A DNA stretch of 60,157 bases, counting the filler. It is 4 parts of 4 records of this genome, joined end to end, with 100 filler letters (N's around TTAATTAATTAA, not from the genome) between each part and the next. Parts side by side here need not be neighbours in the genome. Positions count along the whole stretch, not along the records: positions 1 to 8,301 come from DRR723986_94497; positions 8,402 to 20,629 come from DRR723986_95561; 2 more parts are not named here. One strand, given 5' to 3'. Below, in pieces: positions 1 through 8,422 of the stretch (within the stretch, counting starts at the first letter, position 1; the number at the start of each line of letters is the position of its first letter). The notes under the pieces were generated by a model, which saw nothing but the letters and a program-made list of their open reading frames with translations, was not told where the DNA came from and made no database searches. Made by a program: the position numbers and the translations under genes.

Positions 1-28
1 GATCCAGCCCTAAGGGCTCGACCCTGTT
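1..28. repeat. REP-like palindromic element, copy 1 (core AGCCCT-A-AGGGCT)
   Basis: gatccagccctaagggctcgaccctgtt matches the reverse complement of 3038-3065 at 26/28 nt. Confidence 0.6.
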
Positions 29-633
29 CGAAAATATTCAGTTTTCAAATCCATGACCGTAAATCTCGACACAGGTCCCACTGACCCAAAATCACTTCCC
101 GCAAGACCTCTTTGCCTTGTATTTGTCAATATCTCGATAAGTTGGAAATTGCGGTTAAATGTTATTCTTTATTTCGGTGGGCTCAAACGCTGTTCTGCCG
201 GTCCAAATCCTATTGTGCTGTGCGAATTCGCCGTCATTCTAGGCCGTCATTCTAAGGCTATCAGTCATGATATTTGCGTCATTGATCATGTCTCAAGTAC
301 TAACTGTTCGTCTGCTGAAATGCTCACAGGTCAGTCTTCAGTCTCAGCGACAAACAAAAAGAAAAAGCCAGCCACCGAATTTTGGGAGGGGGCGCAGTGG
401 TCAAGTCTCAGAATCAGGCGAAGCGAGCCGTCCGATACCAAATTCTCAAAAGTACAGCGGTATGTCCGAATGTAGAGCGATTGGACCCGCCAGGAAAATT
501 ACCTGAGATGTGTAGCCGTTAAACACTAACGCACAATACTCAAAGGATTGAGAACTAGACCCGCAGCACTCGAAACTGTTAAGCAATATCTGGCACTGCG
601 CCGCAGCTCGTTCAATTTGAATAGAAATCGTGC

Positions 634-2649
634 CTAGCGAATAATTTTGATTTGTTTAACTGTTGATTGCCTTTCAGTCTGTATCGTGAGATAAAACAGC
701 CCCGTCGGCAGACTTCTTAAATCAAGTGTGTGTGGCGCAGGTGTGCCCGCATAATTCTCTCGTAAAACCGTCTGGCCCAGAACATTGCTTAGGCTCACTG
801 TTGTGATGTTGTGCCGGGCCTCACCTGGCTTGTCAATCTCAATCGTAACTGCATCTGTCGCTGGATTGGGGAAGAGAACAAATGCGTCTGCGGGGATGGT
901 CTGATTGTTATCTGCCTGCTCGTCCGAGCTGTCGGGCCGGGATTCCACAATGCGTGTCATAACGAGATTCGTCAACACTTTTTCAAAGTCAAAAAATATC
1001 TCAGCATCATTGCGAATAGCTGTGCCAGGTGGCAGGTCGTCTTGCAGTTCGATGCTGAATTGCACAAAACCCTGACTTGAGTCGCGGCTCTGCTTTCTGG
1101 CCGGCAGCCAGATATCGTCAAAACGCCACAGGAGTTCACCTTGCGGGTTTAGCTGTATCCTGCATTCATGGCTGGAGGCACCGATGCGCAGAGTTTCCCA
1201 TTTGAAGCGCGTGTCAAGTGTTGTTCTAACGTAGATTCGTTTGGACACATCTTCGCCCAGATTTTCAAAGCGGATCAAATATGTTAACACCTTTTCGTTG
1301 CGCGCAATTGGGCCGTCGGCATTTAAATTGCCACTGAATACCTGGATTGAGTTTGTGCCAACCGACGCTCCGACTTTTGAGCAGTTCCGAACGGCCTGGC
1401 GTCGGTCGGCATCTTCCAGTTCGGCAACCGCAGGGCTAATCTCAAGATTTGCACAGAGTTGCGCGTCTGCCAATTGCGGGGCCTGCGGGACTGTGGTTTT
1501 TACCAGAATTTTGTGTGTCGCACCTATTGCCAGATTGTTGATCCTGTATTCTGCAAGGCCCGCATCGTACATGTTTGCGCCCGGACGGCTCGTAAAATCT
1601 GTTAAACGCTCGTCGTGTTCAAAACGCAGTACACCGCTAAAGGGCAGTGTGCCAATATTCTCCACAAACAAGGTGTACGTCAGCTCCGCACCGGTTCCCG
1701 CTCTGCCGGGAAACAGCGCAACTTCGGCCTTCATTTCGGGCTCGGCCACCTGTAGGGGAAAGTTTAGCGGGACGGTTTCATCCTCTGAGTCAATCGTGAA
1801 AGTATGTTCTGCCGCAACACAGTTGTTTGCCCAGTCTGGAAGCCCAAGAACCTTGGCCGAATATGTGCCAAACGGCAGTGAGTTAAAAATCTCGCCCGCT
1901 GCGTTGGCTGGGATGAAATACGGTCCCGTCTCATAGGGGCCGGGCGAGATTTCTACAATTGCCTGGCGCATCGGAATGTCGCCCGTGTCATAACTGCAAT
2001 TCTCATTAAGATCGGCAAACACGCGTCCGCCCAGCCGCCCCTGCCGCTGAAAATAGGAACTCGTGTTAAGTTCGGCTTCCAACTCGTGTAAAACACCAAA
2101 CTCCCAGTATTGCACTCTGACGGAACGCAAAGGCCAGAACTCGGGCCGGATGAGCGTTGGCAATTGACGGTCCTTAATAGCAGATTGACACTGCGGCCGG
2201 CCAAAGATGATCGCACTATTCTGAATGAAATTGTTTTCCTGGCGTTCAGTACTACGATGTTGATACACAACTTCAAGCTCGCAGGCGCCATCTGTGCTGC
2301 TGCGTGTGAGCGCATAGAATTCGAACTCCGGGCTTGGAGATGTTTTGGGATGCAGCGACACGTTAAAGCCGCTAAAGTTTAGATCAAATCGCGTAGCGGG
2401 GCTGGCTTCCAGGTCAAACTTGACCGTGGACTCAGTTTCAGTAGCTGCGCCGGGTAAGGCCGCATCAAATATGATTTTGCCACGTATCAGCTGTCCCTTG
2501 CGATTGCTGACCCGAATCGGCTCACCTTCCAGTTGTGTGACCTTGGAAATGTTGCCGATGAAGGAAACGACAACTTCATCCTGCGCCGCGGCTATGTGGT
2601 TGCCAAATAGGAGGACAGAGCAAAAGAAAACATAGAATAATGATCGCAT
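634..2649 (-). CDS. T9SS type A sorting domain protein (signal peptide, variable head, SdrD-B/DUF11-like stalk, DUF7619-like domain, CTD); paralog 1
   Basis: Start reassigned to MRSLFYVFF (ATG at 2649, upstream GAGGT); GRVFADLNENCSYD; LTYLIRFENLG...GFVQFSI...IFFDF; C-terminal LFPNPA...GLFYLTI...KIIR. Confidence 0.85.
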   Translation of the reverse strand: MRSLFYVFFCSVLLFGNHIAAAQDEVVVSFIGNISKVTQLEGEPIRVSNRKGQLIRGKIIFDAALPGAATETESTVKFDLEASPATRFDLNFSGFNVSLHPKTSPSPEFEFYALTRSSTDGACELEVVYQHRSTERQENNFIQNSAIIFGRPQCQSAIKDRQLPTLIRPEFWPLRSVRVQYWEFGVLHELEAELNTSSYFQRQGRLGGRVFADLNENCSYDTGDIPMRQAIVEISPGPYETGPYFIPANAAGEIFNSLPFGTYSAKVLGLPDWANNCVAAEHTFTIDSEDETVPLNFPLQVAEPEMKAEVALFPGRAGTGAELTYTLFVENIGTLPFSGVLRFEHDERLTDFTSRPGANMYDAGLAEYRINNLAIGATHKILVKTTVPQAPQLADAQLCANLEISPAVAELEDADRRQAVRNCSKVGASVGTNSIQVFSGNLNADGPIARNEKVLTYLIRFENLGEDVSKRIYVRTTLDTRFKWETLRIGASSHECRIQLNPQGELLWRFDDIWLPARKQSRDSSQGFVQFSIELQDDLPPGTAIRNDAEIFFDFEKVLTNLVMTRIVESRPDSSDEQADNNQTIPADAFVLFPNPATDAVTIEIDKPGEARHNITTVSLSNVLGQTVLRENYAGTPAPHTLDLRSLPTGLFYLTIQTERQSTVKQIKIIR

Positions 2650-3037
2650 GAGCACCTCTACCACAATGCCCTGCAGCGCTGTCCACAGTTTGACCTTAAA
2701 CTGTTTATTTGCGATCCAGGGGCAGTTCAAATACGACACAGGGCCCATTCATGGGGTCTGGTCGGTTTTGTGATGTTTGCCTGCGAGTGGGGGAGTTCGG
2801 GCAGCAGATTTTGGGCAGGATTGGAATCCTACAGGATCAGAGACAAGTTTTTGAGCATTTGTGTTACAAGCCAGGAGACAAAAGACTTTGAGACTAGTGG
2901 ACTAAGGTGCACAGAAAGTCTTGAGCCTTAGATTCTTGGAGTCTTGAGGCTGCGTTTGAGTTGCGAGAGTTGAGACTCAGAGCCGTGTAACGAATGGCGG
3001 GAAAGGCTTGAATATTTTAAGGCGAATAATAGCCAAA

Positions 3038-3065
3038 AACAGAGTCGAGCCCTTAGGGCTGGACC
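3038..3065. repeat. REP-like palindromic element, copy 2 (inverted relative to copy 1)
   Basis: gtcgagccct-t-agggctggac hairpin; reverse complement matches 1-28. Confidence 0.6.
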
Positions 3066-3369
3066 CGGAGATTGATTCCAGCCTGAAAATCCCCGATGCA
3101 ATTCCAGACCCCGCTTCTCTCAATTTTCAACCCGCTAAACTACCCAAGTCCACCCACTCAATTCTTTAGCCTTGTATGTTACGTCCAGCTGACACTCCCG
3201 CACTCTTTGGCCCCTCAGCAAGCCAGATGCTAAAAAGCGCATAATAAATCTCGAATCTATTCGAAATATCTGCTTGCTGGTGATTCTCTGAATGTGGTTG
3301 AAGCGGTTTGGCCTGAACTGCTGGAGGCTCAAAAAAAACTGACTCCAGAATAGCTTGAGCATGCCAACA

Positions 3370-3426
3370 CGATGCAAAACAAGAAACTCATACAAAAGTC
3401 GGCAAATGCAATTTGCCAGCGGTCAG
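3370..3426. repeat. 57-bp duplicated intergenic element, copy 1, with GGCAAAT-N3-ATTTGCC palindrome
   Basis: 55/57 identical to 5705-5761. Confidence 0.85.
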
Positions 3427-3444
3427 GTCAGACACCCGCTCAGT

Positions 3445-3478
3445 AAACAAATAGGCCCACCTCTAATGAAGTGGGCCT
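3445..3478 (-). terminator. Intrinsic terminator of paralog 2
   Basis: aggcccac/gtgggcct stem with an A-rich run on its left (U-tract on minus strand), about 45 nt after the stop. Confidence 0.7.
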
Positions 3479-3521
3479 GGAAAACATAAGCGTTCGGGAG
3501 TTCGGAATGTAGCTGTAAAAA

Positions 3522-5522
3522 TTAACGGACAATGTTAAGTGGTTTGACCGTGGTGCCCTGGGCCGAATGAATCGAAAGATAATACGTACCGCTTGGGAAA
3601 CCCTGCAAATCAATTGCATGACCTGTAGTGTTTACGTTATGTGTTAACAGCGATTGACCAAGTGCATTGCGCAGAGTCAGTTTGACCGGACCTGGAGATT
3701 CAAGTTTTAGATTGAGAACGTCTGATGCGGGATTTGGATAGACACTGATGTCTGCGCCGTCATAATTCCAGTTAACAGTGCTGACTTGATCGACGATGCG
3801 GCTGCGCACAGTTTTGGTTTCAAATGGCGCTCTATCGTCCAGAAAAATTTGTGCATATACGGGAATGACGGTTCCCAGTGCAAGTCCCTCACGCAGGTCA
3901 ACGTCAAATTTTATGTGTCCATGCCGGAGGTTGGGCGAAACTGTGTATCGCGTGCCGGCCTCAGGGTAATCAACACTCCAAATGACGAGGCCACTCTCGT
4001 CGACCGTCATGTCCAGGTCCAGGTTTGTGGCTGTGGTACGAATGCTGTTAAGGTCGTGAAACTCGCTGAGTTGGCAGAATATGCGTGCCTTGCCGAAACT
4101 TTGAGACGCAAACGCAAGTTGATATGTTAAAGTTTTAACATCCTGTTCGATATCCCCGTCGGCATTTAACCGGCCGACCTGGGCGAGCAGGTTCTGCCTG
4201 TCTGTATCCTCTGTGTTATTGTTAACTTGCACGCAGGCAACATCGGCGGCGGCAAGAATTAACTCTGGATCCTGGTGTTTAACATCTGCGTCCAGCTCAA
4301 CACAGAAAAACTTCCCGGCTTGCTCCTCACCACGATTTGTTAATTGTAGAACAACGGAATAATAACGGTTCGTGCCCGGCGGCATGTCCCTGATGTTCCA
4401 GAATAAGGTTTGCTGGACCGAATCGGCGAAGGAAGGCGCGGTTCTGGCCTCGGAAAGGTTATCGCCATACTTTAAGCGCAGTTCGCCGCTATATGGCAGC
4501 TGACCAATATTTGTAACATTGACATCAAAGTTTGCTGCATAACTTAATGTGTTGACTGGGTCTCTGAGGCTGATTGAAACCTCCAGAGCTTCAGTCTCTT
4601 GTCGGGGGCGGAAAGCATAGTCGGCGCGCGCTTCTGAATCAGGAGTGGGGACGGAAACTTTTGCAGGCGTAGCTGTGCAGCTCAGGTTCCACTTTGCAGA
4701 TGGCCTGAAGAAAACGGTGTAATCGCCCGGCGGTGCGGCAATGTTGTACTCGCCATATTCATTTGTGTAGCCGGTATGGACTCCGGGAATCAGATAAACT
4801 TCCTGGCCCGGAATGCCAAAGTCGGCATCGTCGAGCTGACAGTTGTTATTCTGATCACTGTAAATAGTGCCGGAAACTTGTGCCTGCTCAGCTCCGATAA
4901 AGTACGCGGACGTGATCTTGGCGTCAATTGTATACTCGTAACCGCGCTCCCAATACACAAGCTGCAACGTTATTTCATCCCAGTTGGCTGGGTCATAGGT
5001 GTCGATGCCGAGCGTCGTGATCTTGGATGCCAGTCTACAAACAGAATTCGATGCAAACAGTCTCATCTTAGTGACATATATGTCGCTGGTGTTCATATCC
5101 TCGAAGTTCTTCTCATACCAGAAACCTTTGTAGCAGCCCCAAGTACTCGGCGGATCTAGTTGCAACGCTCTGGCGGCGCGAAAACTTCCGTCATCGACCT
5201 CGTTGCTAAGCATTTGTGATACAAATTCTTGTGCCTTGATTTTAACGCGAAATTGCGCTTGCTGTGGCGTGCGCAAGTCAAAACTTGCACTCATGGTTTC
5301 AAAGCTAGTCGTATCTGCTGCATTATCGTAGGTGAGTGAGCCAACGAGCACATCACCAATTTCAGCTCTGGCATTTTGCTGAGCTTCGTTTATTGAACCT
5401 ACTCTCAGGACGTTCCCTGAAAAATGGATTGTCACGACCTCGGCCAAGGCTTGTGGCCGGCAGACTGCAAATGCCAAAAGCAGCAGCGCAAAAGATGTAT
5501 AGAACTTGATAGTGGATTGCAT
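3522..5522 (-). CDS. T9SS type A sorting domain protein, paralog 2
   Basis: Signal peptide; GTIYSDQNNNCQLD; diverged DUF7619-like region (GHIKFDV...IFLD); VYPNPA...GTYYLSI...NIVR. Confidence 0.85.
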   Translation of the reverse strand: MQSTIKFYTSFALLLLAFAVCRPQALAEVVTIHFSGNVLRVGSINEAQQNARAEIGDVLVGSLTYDNAADTTSFETMSASFDLRTPQQAQFRVKIKAQEFVSQMLSNEVDDGSFRAARALQLDPPSTWGCYKGFWYEKNFEDMNTSDIYVTKMRLFASNSVCRLASKITTLGIDTYDPANWDEITLQLVYWERGYEYTIDAKITSAYFIGAEQAQVSGTIYSDQNNNCQLDDADFGIPGQEVYLIPGVHTGYTNEYGEYNIAAPPGDYTVFFRPSAKWNLSCTATPAKVSVPTPDSEARADYAFRPRQETEALEVSISLRDPVNTLSYAANFDVNVTNIGQLPYSGELRLKYGDNLSEARTAPSFADSVQQTLFWNIRDMPPGTNRYYSVVLQLTNRGEEQAGKFFCVELDADVKHQDPELILAAADVACVQVNNNTEDTDRQNLLAQVGRLNADGDIEQDVKTLTYQLAFASQSFGKARIFCQLSEFHDLNSIRTTATNLDLDMTVDESGLVIWSVDYPEAGTRYTVSPNLRHGHIKFDVDLREGLALGTVIPVYAQIFLDDRAPFETKTVRSRIVDQVSTVNWNYDGADISVYPNPASDVLNLKLESPGPVKLTLRNALGQSLLTHNVNTTGHAIDLQGFPSGTYYLSIHSAQGTTVKPLNIVR

Positions 5523-5629
5523 AAGATTCTCAATTCATAAGAAAAGCTGCAGACAAGACTGAAGCATGCGGCGCTGCCAGGCCGGCGCTTTTAGGCGCGA
5601 ATTTGGCGCATTGACACTAATTTCAATTG

Positions 5630-5637
5630 CAAATATA
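5630..5637 (-). promoter_or_regulatory. Bacteroidota-type -7 promoter element (TAnnTTTG) for paralog 2
   Basis: TATATTTG on minus strand about 108 nt upstream of the ATG at 5522. Confidence 0.45.
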
Positions 5638-5704
5638 CAAATATTTGTGGGGCTAACAGGTCAGAAACTGGTGGCCTGTAGGTCGTAGTTCGTTGTTGTT
5701 GACT

Positions 5705-5761
5705 CGATGCAAAACAAGAAACTCATAAAAAAGTCGGCAAATGGAATTTGCCAGCGGTCAG
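5705..5761. repeat. 57-bp duplicated intergenic element, copy 2
   Basis: 55/57 identical to 3370-3426. Confidence 0.85.
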
Positions 5762-5780
5762 AACAGGCTTCCGCAGAACC

Positions 5781-5812
5781 AAAAAAGCCCACCTCATAAA
5801 ATTGAAGTGGGC
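5781..5812 (-). terminator. Intrinsic terminator of paralog 3
   Basis: gcccac/gtgggc stem preceded by A6 (U6 on minus strand); homologous to 3445-3478. Confidence 0.7.
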
Positions 5813-5856
5813 CTGGAAATCATACCTGCCTAAAATCTGCTCAGGAACAGCAAATC

Positions 5857-7839
5857 CTAGCGCACGATATTGATCGATTTTTGAATGGAACCCGCAGGCC
5901 AACTAATATGCAGGAAGTACACACCTGAAGGCAAAGATTCAAGGTTAATCGCATGCGCGGCGGCGTCAAACACCTCAGTCAGAAGATTTTTACCCTGCGA
6001 GTTCTGCAGCCGAAGAGTTGTTAGACTGCGCTGCGGCAGTACGATCGAGAGATTGTCCGTCACGGGATTCGGGAAGACCTGCACCCTGGCCGCATCCGGC
6101 GTGCTGCCGACGGACGAAACGGTGTTAACAATCCGACTGACGACCGTATTGGTAGCTACAGGATTGTCAGAATCAAAGTAGATGAGAGCGCTATTCGGGA
6201 TTTCAGTACCCACGGGCAAATCATCTTTTAACGTGACCGTGAACTTCACAAATCCCTGGCTGGCGACGTCGTCCGCAACTTTCGGCGGCAGATTGATATC
6301 GGTAAAAGTCCATTCCAGCGCGCCACCGTCGCTGAAGTTAAAACGGTAATCATGGCCGGCGGCGCCCAGACGCACTGATTCAATATTGTGAAATTCACTT
6401 AAGGCATCCACAATACGAACCGTATTGACGGCATCATTGCTGATATTCTGGAAACGAATCAAATATGAAAGGACCTTATCCTTGGATGAAATCGGGCCAT
6501 CAGCATTGCCGGACTCGCCAAAAACCTGCATCTGATTTGGGCCGGCGGCCGTACGTACTTCGCTGCAGGTTTCATCACGTGTTTTAGGTAGTAAAACGTC
6601 TGTCGGATCGAGCTCATGTTCGGCGGAAACGCTCGCACAAATTTCGCTGCCCACTAGAGTTTCGTCGGCCGGAATCAGTAGTGAAATGTTAATCGTACGA
6701 ATTGCTCCGGGCGGCAGGTCAGCCAGTTCCCATTCGGCCACCGGAGCGCTGTAATTGTCAGTTGCCAAACTGCTGCTAAATTCGCTCAGCATTGAGTCGT
6801 GTTCAAAACTCAGGGTGCCGCTATAAGGGAGTGTTCCCGCGTTCTGCAAACGAATTGTATAATTAATCTCTGAACCCGGTCTGGCCTGACTGCCGGCCAC
6901 GGACACCTCCAGAAATTCGACTAATCGCTCAGGCTCAACCGCCAGATTCGCCTCAATTTGCTGGCCTTCCTGGCTCAACGTGAGCGCGGGCAGCTCTTCC
7001 CGGCACACGATATTCCACAATTGATTATCCAACAGAGTGACGGAGTATTCTCCCAGGGGCAGCGTCGCGTCGTATTCGCCGTCCTGGTTGGTTGGAACTA
7101 CATACCCGCCGGGCTCGAAGTTCAGGAATTGATTGCCGGGGCCGGCGGCCTCGTCGTCAGCTATGCAGTTGGAATTTTGATCCTGGTAAACACGGCCGGA
7201 AATCGTTCCGAGGTTCGAACCGACGGTGTATAGCGCAGTAATCTTGGCGCTCAGGTTGTAATGCGTTTCGTCTTCGCCGATAAATCCAACCCGCAGAGAC
7301 ATTTGATCCCAGTCGCTCAGGTGCATGGAAGCCGGTAACTCGGCGTCATCGTAACCATCGTCACAATTGACGTCCACGCCCCAAATGCTGATTGACTGCA
7401 GCGGCACCGAACTTTCAGTATTGTCAAGACTGTATTCAAAGTCGAGCCAGCAATTGAAGCCTGGCTCGCTGTGGGCCGGACGCTCCAGCTTGCTGAACCT
7501 TGCTGAATAGCTGTGCCCCAGGTCGCTACCTACCGGCAGTTGGCTGGAAAATATGTAGTCCCCGGTTTGAACATCAAAGCGCGCCATGCCCTCCAATTCA
7601 AAGAGGGTGCCCCGGTCGGGAGTTACCGTGCGCGTGGCTTTACGCTCATATAATATGCTTCCAATCACCAGGTCGCCATTCGAAATATCGCTTTCAGGCA
7701 CAACCACACTACCTGGAACTGTGATGCCTGTCACAGTTGCTCTGAAATGTACTTTCACAATACCCTGGGCCTGCCCAAGGCTTGTACTCAGCAGGAGCGT
7801 ACACACAAACACTATTAAAACTTTGCCGCAATTCATCAT
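5857..7839 (-). CDS. T9SS type A sorting domain protein, paralog 3
   Basis: SD GAGGAG; signal peptide; GRVYQDQNSNCIAD; LSYLIRFQN...GFVKFTV...IYFDSDNPVATN; VFPNPV...GVYFLHI...NIVR. Confidence 0.88.
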   Translation of the reverse strand: MMNCGKVLIVFVCTLLLSTSLGQAQGIVKVHFRATVTGITVPGSVVVPESDISNGDLVIGSILYERKATRTVTPDRGTLFELEGMARFDVQTGDYIFSSQLPVGSDLGHSYSARFSKLERPAHSEPGFNCWLDFEYSLDNTESSVPLQSISIWGVDVNCDDGYDDAELPASMHLSDWDQMSLRVGFIGEDETHYNLSAKITALYTVGSNLGTISGRVYQDQNSNCIADDEAAGPGNQFLNFEPGGYVVPTNQDGEYDATLPLGEYSVTLLDNQLWNIVCREELPALTLSQEGQQIEANLAVEPERLVEFLEVSVAGSQARPGSEINYTIRLQNAGTLPYSGTLSFEHDSMLSEFSSSLATDNYSAPVAEWELADLPPGAIRTINISLLIPADETLVGSEICASVSAEHELDPTDVLLPKTRDETCSEVRTAAGPNQMQVFGESGNADGPISSKDKVLSYLIRFQNISNDAVNTVRIVDALSEFHNIESVRLGAAGHDYRFNFSDGGALEWTFTDINLPPKVADDVASQGFVKFTVTLKDDLPVGTEIPNSALIYFDSDNPVATNTVVSRIVNTVSSVGSTPDAARVQVFPNPVTDNLSIVLPQRSLTTLRLQNSQGKNLLTEVFDAAAHAINLESLPSGVYFLHISWPAGSIQKSINIVR

Positions 7840-8207
7840 ATTCTCCTCAGACTTTATGGACTACAACTGCCGCACCAGCAGGCTCTGCATGCCGTACAAT
7901 GCACACGTACCGGCTAAAAAGCCACGGCAGGATCGGAGCTCATAAAGAGTATTTTCTACATTGACGGGGAGTGGAATCCGGCTGCGAGAACTAACTCCAA
8001 CCGGACGTTTACCGAGGCGGGGACATGCACAAGGCACAACTGATGTAGCGTTTTAGTGGACGGACGTACATCGCTACAAGTATAACAAATTCAACTGTCA
8101 AATGCCGCATAAGGTGCAAAAAAAACTTTGGTCTCGCGTTTAGCTGCGCTACGCTGTATTGATTTTTTTGTTTGTCCCTGGGTGAGAATGCACAGGCCAT
8201 TTAATAC

Positions 8208-8238
8208 AAAAACAACCCGATTCAAATGAATCGGGTTG
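8208..8238 (-). terminator. Intrinsic terminator (upstream gene truncated by contig end)
   Basis: Perfect 12-bp stem caacccgattca/tgaatcgggttg plus A5 (U5 on minus strand). Confidence 0.8.
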
Positions 8239-8271
8239 CGAAGTACACATTGGCGGAATATCGTAAGTCGT

Positions 8272-8301
8272 GATTTTAACGCACGATTTTAACGCACGAT
8301 T
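8272..8301. repeat. 13-bp tandem duplication (gattttaacgcac x2.3) encoding I-V-R-stop on minus strand
   Basis: Minus strand reads ATC GTG CGT TAA, the same ending as paralogs 2 and 3. Confidence 0.6.
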
Positions 8302-8401
8302 NNNNNNNNNNNNNNNNNNNNNNNNNNNNNNNNNNNNNNNNNNNNTTAATTAATTAANNNNNNNNNNNNNNNNNNNNNNNNNNNNNNNNNNNNNNNNNNN
8401 N
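8302..8401. other. Artificial contig spacer (Ns plus TTAATTAATTAA)
   Basis: 100-nt N block with all-frame stop linker at 8346-8357. Confidence 0.99.
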
Positions 8402-8422
8402 GGGTTTATTGAATGAACATGT
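8402..8422. repeat. 21-bp terminal direct repeat of contig 2, left copy
   Basis: gggtttattgaatgaacatgt identical to 20609-20629. Confidence 0.95.

Noticed and set aside
53-506. ORFs 53-475 and 267-506
   Set aside because: No recognisable motifs, overlapping frames, and composition typical of spurious ORFs in intergenic DNA
2650-2748. N-terminal extension of the 704-aa ORF
   Set aside because: The signal peptide and SD sequence point to the ATG at 2649
3370-5761. Possible CRISPR-like or DGR template/variable repeat pair
   Set aside because: Only two non-coding copies 2.3 kb apart; no spacers, cas genes, reverse transcriptase or adenine-biased mismatch series
811-8200. Many short ORFs antisense to or overlapping the T9SS genes, plus 3135-3395 and 8009-8200
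   Set aside because: Shadow ORFs in GC-richer DNA; 3135-3395 begins inside the non-coding 57-bp repeat
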